A stretch of 64,000 nucleotides of DNA from the human T2T-CHM13v2.0 reference genome, Homo sapiens: the NCBI RefSeq assembly GCF_009914755.1, contig NC_060939.1; one strand, given 5' to 3'. This document shows, piece after piece, positions 1 to 12,000 of the stretch. Position 1 is the stretch's first letter, and every line of letters starts with the position of its first letter. Made by a program: the position numbers and the translations under genes. The notes under the pieces were generated by a model, which had not been told where the DNA came from, made no database searches, and saw nothing but the letters and a program-made list of their open reading frames with translations.

Positions 1-3000
1 GTTCCAGTCCATTCCTTTCGCGTCCATTCCATTCCATTTCACTCCATTCGATTCCATTCCACTCGATTCCACTTCGTTCCATTTCATTGCATTCCATTCT
101 ATTCAACTCTATTGCCTTCCATTCCATTCCATTCGATTACATTCCATGCGATTCCATTCGAAATCGAATCAATTACATTGCAATCCATTACTATTGAGTC
201 CGTTTTATTCCAGTCCACTGCATTCTGGTCCATTCCATTTGATTCCATTCCATTCTATTCCATTCCATACAGTTGCATTCCATTGGATTCCATGCTATAT
301 CTATAAATTCAATTCGAGACCATTGCTTTTGAGTCCATTCTATATGATTCCATTCCATGCAAGTCCATTACATTTGGTTCAATTCCATTCCATTCCATTC
401 CCTTCCATTCCATTCCATTTGATATCAATCCATTCGATTCCATTCCATTCGAGCACATTCCATTCGAGTCCATTCCATTCGATGCCATTCCATTTGATTC
501 TATTCCATTAGTCTCCATTCAATTCCATTAATCTCCATTCCATTCCATTCTACTCCAACTGATTCCATTTCATTATATTCCTTTCCATTCCATTTCATTC
601 CATTCCATTCCATTCGTGTCCATTCCACTCCAGTCCATTCCATTCGTGTCCATTCCATTCCAGTCCATTCCATTTGTGTCCACTGCATTCCATTCCACTC
701 CATTCCATATTATTCCATTACACTCCATTCCATTCTATTACTTTCATTTCCATTCAATTCCATTCCATTTGATTCCATTCCACTCGGTTTCATTCCATTT
801 GAGTCCACTCCATTCCATTCCATTCCATTCCATTCAGTTCCATTCCATTCTGTTCCATTCCATTCCGTTCCATTACATTCCATTCCATTCGGTACCATTC
901 CATATTGTTCCATTCGATTCCATTCGAATCCATTCCATTCCAGTCCATTCCATTCGATTCCATTCCATTCATTTCAATTCCATTCCATTCCATTCCATTA
1001 CATTCCACTTGATTCCTCTCCATTCCCTTCCACTGCATTCCGTTCGATTCCATTCCATTGCATTGCATTCCATTCCATTGGATTGCATTCCATTCGATTC
1101 CATTCCATTCGAATCAATTACATAGCAATCCATTACATTCGAGTCTATTCTCTTCCGTTCCATTCGATTTCGTTCCAATCCATTCGATTCCATTCCATTC
1201 GATTCCATTCCATACTATTGCATTCCATTCGATTACATTATATTCGAATAAGTTCCATTCAAGACCATTTCTTTTGAGTCCATTCTATTTGAGTCCATTC
1301 CCTTTGATTCCATAACATTTGAGTCCATTCAATTCCATTCCTTTCGTTTCCATTCCATTTGATGCCATTCCATTCAATTCTGTTCTACTCGACTCCAATA
1401 CATTCAATTCCATTCCATCCGATTCCATTACATTCTTTTCATTTCTTATCCATTTCAAGCCATTCCACTCCATTCCATTCCACTCGTTTCCTTTCCATTC
1501 GAGTCCATTCCTCTCCAGTCCATTCCGTTCAATCCATTCCATTCCAGTCCATTCCATTCGAGTCCGTTCCATTCCAGTCCATTCCATTCGAGTCAATTCC
1601 ATTCCATTCGATGTCTTTCCATAACGATCCATTCCATTCTATTCCTTTCGATTCCATTCCATTCTATTTCATTCCATTCGATTCCCTTCCATTGGACTCC
1701 TTTCCATTCGAGTGCATTCCATTCCGTTCCATTTCTTTCCGTTCTGTACGATTCCTACCGTTCGATTTCATTTTGTTCCAGTCCATTCCTTTCGCGTCCA
1801 TTCCATTCCATTTCACTCCATTCGATTCCATTCCACTCGATTCCACTTCGTTCCATTTCATTGCATTCCATTCTATTCAACTCTATTGCCTTCCATTCCA
1901 TTCCATTCGATTACATTCCATGCGATTCCATTCAAAATCGAATCAATTACATTGCAATCCATTACTATTGAGTCCGTTTTATTCCAGTCCACTGCATTCT
2001 GGTCCATTCCATTTGATTCCATTCCATTCTATTCCATTCCATACAGTTGCATTCCATTGGATTCCATGCTATATCTATAAATTCAATTCGAGACCATTGC
2101 TTTTGAGTCCATTCTATATGATTCCATTCCATTCAAGTCCATTACATTTGGTTCAATTCCATTCCATTCCATTCCCTTCCATTCCATTCCATTTGATATC
2201 AATCCATTCGATTCCATTCCATTCGAGCACATTCCATTCGAGTCCATTCCATTCGATGCCATTCCATTTGATTCTATTCCATTAGTCTCCATTCAATTCC
2301 ATTAATCTCCATTCCATTCCATTCTACTCCAACTGATTCCATTCCATTCTATTCCTTTCCATTCCATTTCATTCCATTCCATTCCATTTCATTCCATTCC
2401 ATTCCATTCGTGTCCATTCCACTCCAGTCCATTCCATTCGTGTCCATTCCATTCCAGTCCATTCCATTTGTGTCCACTGCATTCCATTCCACTCCATTCC
2501 ATATTATTCCATTACACTCCATTCCATTCTATTACTTTCATTTCCATTCAATTCCATTCCATTTGATTCCATTCCACTCGGTTTCATTCCATTTGAGTCC
2601 ACTCCATTCCATTCCATTCCATTCCATTCAGTTCCATTCCATTCTGTTCCATTCCATTCCGTTCCATTACATTCCATTCCATTCGGTACCATTCCATATT
2701 GTTCCATTCGATTCCATTCGAATCCATTCCATTCCAGTCCATTCCATTCGATTCCATTCCATTCATTTCAATTCCATTCCATTCCATTCCATTCCATTCC
2801 ACTTGATTCCTCTCCATTCCCTTCCACTGCATTCCGTTCGATTCCATTCCATTGCATTGCATTCCATTCCATTGGATTGCATTCCATTCGATTCCATTCC
2901 ATTCGAATCAATTACATAGCAATCCATTACATTCGAGTCTATTCTCTTCCGTTCCATTCGATTTCGTTCCAATCCATTCGATTCCATTCCATTCGATTCC

Positions 3001-6000
3001 ATTCCATACTATTGCATTCCATTCGATTACATTATATTCGAATAAGTTCCATTCAAGACCATTTCTTTTGAGTCCATTCTATTTGAGTCCATTCCCTTTG
3101 ATTCCATAACATTTGAGTCCATTCAATTCCATTCCTTTCGTTTCCATTCCATTTGATGCCATTCCATTCAATTCTGTTCTACTCGACTCCAATACATTCA
3201 ATTCCATTCCATCCGATTCCATTACATTCTTTTCATTTCTTATCCATTTCAAGCCATTCCACTCCATTCCATTCCACTCGTTTCCTTTCCATTCGAGTCC
3301 ATTCCTCTCCAGTCCATTCCGTTCAATCCATTCCATTCCAGTCCATTCCATTCGAGTCCGTTCCATTCCAGTCCATTCCATTCGAGTCAATTCCATTCCA
3401 TTCGATGTCTTTCCATAACGATCCATTCCATTCTATTCCTTTCGATTCCATTCCATTCTATTTCATTCCATTCGATTCCTTTCCATTGGACTCCTTTCCA
3501 TTCGAGTGCATTCCATTCCGTTCCATTTCTTTCCGTTCTGTACGATTCCTACCGTTCGATTTCATTTTGTTCCAGTCCATTCCTTTCGCGTCCATTCCAT
3601 TCCATTTCACTCCATTCGATTCCATTCCATTCGATTCCATTCTACTCGATTCCACTTCGTTCCATTTCATTGCATTCCATTCTATTCAACTCTATTGCCT
3701 TCCATTCCATTCCATTCGATTACATTCCATGCGATTCCATTCGAAATCGAATCAATTACATTGAAATTCATTACTATTTAGTCCGTTTTATTCCAGTCCA
3801 CTGCATTCTGGTCCATTCCATTTGATTCCATTCCATTCTATTCCATTCCATACAGTTGCATTCCATTGGATTCCATGCTATATCTATAAATTCAATTCGA
3901 GACCATTGCTTTTGAGTCCATTCTATATGATTCCATTCCATTCAAGTCCATTACATTTGGTTCAATTCCATTCCATTCCATTCCCTTCCATTCCATTCCA
4001 TTTGATATCAATCCATTCGATTCCATTCCATTCGAGCACATTCCATTCGAGTCCATTCCATTCGATGCCATTCCATTTGATTCTATTCCATTAGTCTCCA
4101 TTCAATTCCATTAATCTCCATTCCATTCCATTCTACTCCAACTGATTCCATTCCATTCTATTCCTTTCCATTCCATTTCATTCCATTCCATTCCATTTCA
4201 TTCCATTCCATTCCATTCGTGTCCATTCCACTCCAGTCCATTCCATTCGTGTCCATTCCATTCCAGTCCATTCCATTTGTGTCCACTGCATTCCATTCCA
4301 CTCCATTCCATATTATTCCATTACACTCCATTCCATTCTATTACTTTCATTTCCATTCAATTCCATTCCATTTGATTCCATTCCACTCGGTTTCATTCCA
4401 TTTGAGTCCACTCCATTCCATTCCATTCCATTCCATTCAGTTCCATTCCATTCTGTTCCATTCCATTCCATTCCATTCGGTACCATTCCATAGTGTTCCA
4501 TTCGATTCCATTCGAATCCATTCCATTCTGTTCCATTCCATTCCATTCCATTCGGTACCATTCCATAGTGTTCCATTCGATTCCATTCGATTCCATTCCA
4601 TTCATTTCAATTCCATTCCATTCCATTCCATTCCATTCCACTTGATTCCTCTCCATTCCCTTCCACTGCATTCCGTTCGATTCCATTCCATTGCATTGCA
4701 TTCCATTCCATTGGATTGCATTCCATTCGATTCCATTCCATTCGAATCAATTACATAGCAATCCATTACATTCGAGTCTATTCTCTTCCGTTCCATTCGA
4801 TTTCGTTCCAATCCATTCTATTCCATTCCATTCGATTCCATTCCATACTATTGCATTCCATTCGATTACATTATATTCGAATAAGTTCCATTCAAGACCA
4901 TTTCTTTTGAGTCCATTCTATTTGAGTCCATTCCCTTTGATTCCATAACATTTGAGTCCATTCAATTCCATTCCTTTCGTTTCCATTCCATTTGATGCCA
5001 TTCCATTCAATTCTGTTCTACTCGACTCCAATACATTCAATTCCATTCCATCCGATTCCATTACATTCTTTTCATTTCTTATCCATTTCAAGCCATTCCA
5101 CTCCATTCCATTCCACTCGTTTCCTTTCCATTCGAGTCCATTCCTCTCCAGTCCATTCCGTTCAATCCATTCCATTCCAGTCCATTCCATTCGAGTCCGT
5201 TCCATTCCATTCGATGTCTTTCCATAACGATCCATTCCATTCTATTCCTTTCGATTCCATTCCATTCTATTTCATTCCATTCGATTCCCTTCCATTGGAC
5301 TCCTTTCCATTCGAGTGCATTCCATTCCTTTCCATTTCTTTCCGTTCTGTACGATTCCTGCCGTTCGATTTCATTTTGTTCCAGTCCATTCCTTTCGCGT
5401 CCATTCCATTCCATTTCACTCCATTCGATTCCATTCCACTCGATTCCACTTCGTTCCATTTCATTGCATTCCATTCTATTCAACTCTATTGCCTTCCATT
5501 CCATTCCATTCGATTACATTCCATGCGATTCCATTCGAAATCGAATCAATTACATTGCAATCCATTACTATTGAGTCCGTTTTATTCCACTCCACTGCAT
5601 TCTGGTCCATTCCATTTGATTCCATTCCATTCTATTCCATTCCATACAGTTGCATTCCATTGGATTCCATGCTATATCTATAAATTCAATTCGAGACCAT
5701 TGCTTTTGAGTCCATTCTATATGATTCCATTCCATTCAAGTCCATTACATTTGGTTCAATTCCATTCCATTCCATTCCCTTCCATTCCATTCCATTTGAT
5801 ATCAATCCATTCGATTCCATTCCATTCGAGCACATTCCATTCGAGTCCATTCCATTCGATGCCATTCCATTTGATTCTATTCCATTAGTCTCCATTCAAT
5901 TCCATTAATCTCCATTCCATTCCATTCTACTCCAACTGATTCCATTCCATTCTATTCCTTTCCATTCCATTTCATTCCATTCCATTCCATTTCATTCCAT

Positions 6001-9000
6001 TCCATTCCATTCGTGTCCATTCCACTCCAGTCCATTCCATTCGTGTCCATTCCATTCCAGTCCATTCCATTTGTGTCCACTGCATTCCATTCCACTCCAT
6101 TCCATATTATTCCATTACACTCCATTCCATTCTATTACTTTCATTTCCATTCAATTCCATTCCATTTGATTCCATTCCACTCGGTTTCATTCCATTTGAG
6201 TCCACTCCATTCCATTCCATTCCATTCCATTCAGTTCCATTCCATTCTGTTCCATTCCATTCCGTTCCATTACATTCCATTCCATTCGGTACCATTCCAT
6301 ATTGTTCCATTCGATTCCATTCGAATCCATTCCATTCCAGTCCATTCCATTCGATTCCATTCCATTCATTTCAATTCCATTCCATTCCATTCCATTCCAT
6401 TCCACTTGATTCCTCTCCATTCCCTTCCACTGCATTCCGTTCGATTCCATTCCATTGCATTGCATTCCATTCCATTGGATTGCATTCCATTCGATTCCAT
6501 TCCATTCGAATCAATTACATAGCAATCCATTACATTCCAGTCTATTCTATTCCGTTCCATTCGATTTCGTTCCAATCCATTCGATTCCATTCCATTCGAT
6601 TCCATTCCATACTATTGCATTCCATTCGATTACATTATATTCGAATAAGTTCCATTCAAGACCATTTCTTTTGAGTCCATTCTATTTGAGTCCATTCCCT
6701 TTGATTCCATAACATTTGAGTCCATTCAATTCCATTCCTTTCGTTTCCATTCCATTTGATGCCATTCCATTCAATTCTGTTCTACTCGACTCCAATACAT
6801 TCAATTCCATTCCATCCGATTCCATTACATTCTTTTCATTTCTTATCCATTTCAAGCCATTCCACTCCATTCCATTCCACTCGTTTCCTTTCCATTCGAG
6901 TCCATTCCTCTCCAGTCCATTCCGTTCAATCCATTCCATTCCAGTCCATTCCATTCGAGTCCGTTCCATTCCAGTCCATTCCATTCGAGTCAATTCCATC
7001 CCATTCGATGTCTTTCCATAACGATCCATTCCATTCTATTCCTTTCGATTCCATTCCATTCTATTTCATTCCATTCGATTCCCTTCCATTGGACTCCTTT
7101 CCATTCGAGTGCATTCCATTCCGTTCCATTTCTTTCCGTTCTGTACGATTCCTACCGTTCGATTTCATTTTGTTCCAGTCCATTCCTTTCGCGTCCATTC
7201 CATTCCATTTCACTCCATTCGATTCCATTCCACTCGATTCCACTTCGTTCCATTTCATTGCATTCCATTCTATTCAACTCTATTGCCTTCCATTCCATTC
7301 CATTCGATTACATTCCATGCGATTCCATTCGAAATCGAATCAATTACATTGCAATCCATTACTATTGAGTCCGTTTTATTCCAGTCCACTGCATTCTGGT
7401 CCATTCCATTTGATTCCATTCCATTCTATTCCATTCCATACAGTTGCATTCCATTGGATTCCATGCTATATCTATAAATTCAATTCGAGACCATTGCTTT
7501 TGAGTCCATTCTATATGATTCCATTCCATTCAAGTCCATTACATTTGGTTCAATTCCATTCCATTCCATTCCCTTCCATTCCATTCCATTTGATATCAAT
7601 CCATTCGATTCCATTCCATTCGAGCACATTCCATTCGAGTCCATTCCATTCGATGCCATTCCATTTGATTCTATTCCATTAGTCTCCATTCAATTCCATT
7701 AATCTCCATTCCATTCCATTCTACTCCAACTGATTCCATTCCATTCTATTCCTTTCCATTCCATTTCATTCCATTCCATTCCATTTCATTCCATTCCATT
7801 CCATTCGTGTCCATTCCACTCCAGTCCATTCCATTCGTGTCCATTCCATTCCAGTCCATTCCATTTGTGTCCACTGCATTCCATTCCACTCCATTCCATA
7901 TTATTCCATTACACTCCATTCCATTCTATTACTTTCATTTCCATTCAATTCCATTCCATTTGATTCCATTCCACTCGGTTTCATTCCATTTGAGTCCACT
8001 CCATTCCATTCCATTCCATTCCATTCAGTTCCATTCCATTCTGTTCCATTCCATTCCGTTCCATTACATTCCATTCCATTCGGTACCATTCCATATTGTT
8101 CCATTCGATTCCATTCGAATCCATTCCATTCCAGTCCATTCCATTCGATTCCATTCCATTCATTTCAATTCCATTCCATTCCATTCCATTCCATTCCACT
8201 TGATTCCTCTCCATTCCCTTCCACTGCATTCCGTTCGATTCCATTCCATTGCATTGCATTCCATTCCATTGGATTGCATTCCATTCGATTCCATTCCATT
8301 CGAATCAATTACATAGCAATCCATTACATTCGAGTCTATTCTCTTCCGTTCCATTCGATTTCGTTCCAATCCATTCGATTCCATTCCATTCGATTCCATT
8401 CCATACTATTGCATTCCATTCGATTACATTATATTCGAATAAGTTCCATTCAAGACCATTTCTTTTGAGTCCATTCTATTTGAGTCCATTCCCTTTGATT
8501 CCATAACATTTGAGTCCATTCAATTCCATTCCTTTCGTTTCCATTCCATTTGATGCCATTCCATTCAATTCTGTTCTACTCGACTCCAATACATTCAATT
8601 CCATTCCATCCGATTCCATTACATTCTTTTCATTTCTTATCCATTTCAAGCCATTCCACTCCATTCCATTCCACTCGTTTCCTTTCCATTCGAGTCCATT
8701 CCTCTCCAGTCCATTCCGTTCAATCCATTCCATTCCAGTCCATTCCATTCGAGTCCGTTCCATTCCAGTCCATTCCATTCGAGTCAATTCCATTCCATTC
8801 GATGTCTTTCCATAACGATCCATTCCATTCTATTCCTTTCGATTCCATTCCATTCTATTTCATTCCATTCGATTCCTTTCCATTGGACTCCTTTCCATTC
8901 GAGTGCATTCCATTCCGTTCCATTTCTTTCCGTTCTGTACGATTCCTACCGTTCGATTTCATTTTGTTCCAGTCCATTCCTTTCGCGTCCATTCCATTCC

Positions 9001-12000
9001 ATTTCACTCCATTCGATTCCATTCCATTCGATTCCATTCTACTCGATTCCACTTCGTTCCATTTCATTGCATTCCATTCTATTCAACTCTATTGCCTTCC
9101 ATTCCATTCCATTCGATTACATTCCATGCGATTCCATTCGAAATCGAATCAATTACATTGAAATTCATTACTATTTAGTCCGTTTTATTCCAGTCCACTG
9201 CATTCTGGTCCATTCCATTTGATTCCATTCCATTCTATTCCATTCCATACAGTTGCATTCCATTGGATTCCATGCTATATCTATAAATTCAATTCGAGAC
9301 CATTGCTTTTGAGTCCATTCTATATGATTCCATTCCATTCAAGTCCATTACATTTGGTTCAATTCCATTCCATTCCATTCCCTTCCATTCCATTCCATTT
9401 GATATCAATCCATTCAATTCCATTCCATTCGAGCACATTCCATTCGAGTCCATTCCATTCGATGCCATTCCATTTGATTCTATTCCATTAGTCTCCATTC
9501 AATTCCATTAATCTCCATTCCATTCCATTCTACTCCAACTGATTCCATTCCATTCTATTCCTTTCCATTCCATTTCATTCCATTCCATTCCATTCGTGTC
9601 CATTCCACTCCAGTCCATTCCATTCGTGTCCATTCCATTCCAGTCCATTCCATTTGTGTCCACTGCATTCCATTCCACTCCATTCCATATTATTCCATTC
9701 CACTCCATTCCATTCTATTACTTTCATTTCCATTCAATTCCATTCCATTAGATTCCATTCCACTTGATTCCATTCCACTCGGTTTCATTCCATTTGAGTC
9801 CACTCCATTCCATTCCATTCCATTCCATTCAGTTCCATTCCATTCTGTTCCATTCCATTCCATTCCATTCGGTAGCATTCCATAGTGTTCCATTCGATTC
9901 CATTCGAATCCATTCCATTCCAGTCCTTTCCATTCGATTCCATTCCATTCATTTCAATTCCATTCCATTCCATTCCATTCCATTCCACTTGATTCCTCTC
10001 CATTCCCTTCCACTGCATTCCGTTCGATTCCATTCCATTGCATTGCATTCCATTCCATTGGATTGCATTCCATTCGATTCCATTCCATTCGAATCAATTA
10101 CATAGCAATCCATTACATTCGAGTCTATTCTCTTCCGTTCCATTCGATTTCGTTCCAATCCATTCGATTCCATTCCATTCGATTCCATTCCATACTATTG
10201 CATTCCTTTCGATTAAATTATATTCGAATAAGTTCCATTCAAGACCATTTCTTTTGAGTCCATTCTATTTGAGTCCATTCCCTTTGATTCCATAACATTT
10301 GTGTCCATTCAATTCCATTCCTTTCGTTTCCATTCCATTTGATGCCATTCCATTCAATTCTGTTCTACTCGACTCCAATACATTCAATTCCATTCCATCC
10401 GATTCCATTACATTCTTTTCATTTCTTATCCATTTCAAGCCATTCCACTCCATTCCATTCCACTCGTTTCCTTTCCATTCGAGTCCATTCCTCTCCAGTC
10501 CATTCCGTTCAATCCATTCCATTCCAGTCCATTCCATTCGAGTCCGTTCCATTCCATTCGATGTCTTTCCATAACGATCCATTCCATTCTATTCCTTTCG
10601 ATTCCATTCCATTCTATTTCATTCCATTCGATTCCCTTCCATTGGACTCCTTTCCATTCGAGTGCATTCCATTCCGTTCCATTTCTTTCCATTCTGTACG
10701 ATTCCTACCGTTCGATTTCATTTTGTTCCAGTCCATTCCTTTCGCGTCCATTCCATTCCATTTCACTCCATTCGATTCCATTCCACTCGATTCCACTTTG
10801 TTCCATTTCATTGCATTCCATTCTATTCAACTCTATTGCCCTCCATTCCATTCCATTCGATTACATTCCATGCGATTCCATTCGAAATCGAATCAATTAC
10901 ATTGCAATCCATTACTATTGAGTCCGTTTTATTCCAGTCCACTGCATTCTGGTCCATTCCATTTGATTCCATTCCATTCTATTCCATTCCATACAGTTGC
11001 ATTCCATTGGATTCCATTCTATATCTATAAATTCAATTCGAGACCATTGCTTTTGAGTCCATTCTATATGATTCCATTCCATTCAAGTCCATTACATTTG
11101 GTTCAATTCCATTCCATTCCATTCCATTCCCTTCCATTCCATTCCAGTTGATATCAATCCATTCGATTCCATTCCATTCGAGCACATTCCATTCGAGTCC
11201 ATTCCATTCGATGCCATTCCATTTGATTCTATTCCATTAGTCTCCATTCAATTCCATTAATCTCCATTCCATTCCATTCTACTCCAACTGATTCCATTCC
11301 ATTCTATTCCTTTCCATTCCATTTCATTCCATTCCATTCCATTTCATTCCATTCCATTCCATTCGTGTCCATTCCACTCCAGTCCATTCCATTCGTGTCC
11401 ATTCCATTCCAGTCCATTCCATTTGTGTCCACTGCATTCCATTCCACTCCATAACATATTATTCCATTACACTCCATTCCATTCTATTACTTTCATTTCC
11501 ATTCAATTCCATTCCATTTGATTCCATTCCACTCGGTTTCATTCCATTTGAGTCCACTCCATTCCATTCCATTCCATTCCATTCAGTTCCATTCCATTCT
11601 GTTCCATTCCATTCCGTTCCATTACATTCCATTCCATTCGGTACCATTCCATATTGTTCCATTCGATTCCATTCGAATCCATTCCATTCCAGTCCATTCC
11701 ATTCGATTCCATTCCATTCATTTCAATTCCATTCCATTCCATTCCATTCCATTCCACTTGATTCCTCTCCATTCCCTTCCACTGCATTCCGTTCGATTCC
11801 ATTCCATTGCATTGCATTCCATTCCATTGGATTGCATTCCATTCGATTCCATTCCATTCGAATCAATTACATAGCAATCCATTACATTCCAGTCTATTCT
11901 ATTCCGTTCCATTCGATTTCGTTCCAATCCATTCGATTCCATTCCATTCGATTCCATTCCATACTATTGCATTCCATTCGATTACATTATATTCGAATAA

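Noticed and set aside
166-175. GAATCAATTA as a DUX4 site
   Set aside because: Its reverse complement TAATTGATTC does not fit the DUX4 consensus TAAYYYAATCA; only a generic homeodomain TAAT core is present.
1285-1632. Minus-strand MEWNG/MESNG-repeat ORFs
   Set aside because: These are direct translations of (GGAAT)n. Their recurrence reflects the DNA period, not protein conservation.
1359-2285. Recurrent 308-aa + strand ORF (and all other SIPFH-type ORFs)
   Set aside because: (CATTC)n has no stop codon and translates to IPFHS repeats in all three frames. The starts are mostly TTG/GTG, the ORFs overlap in every frame and are freely truncated in variant units. There is no domain or coding signature.
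1319-3112. Unit length 1794 being a multiple of 3, suggesting frame preservation
   Set aside because: This is coincidental. Common variants (1759, 1769, 1774, 1789, 1799, 1804) are not multiples of 3, and the constraint is on 5-bp phase.
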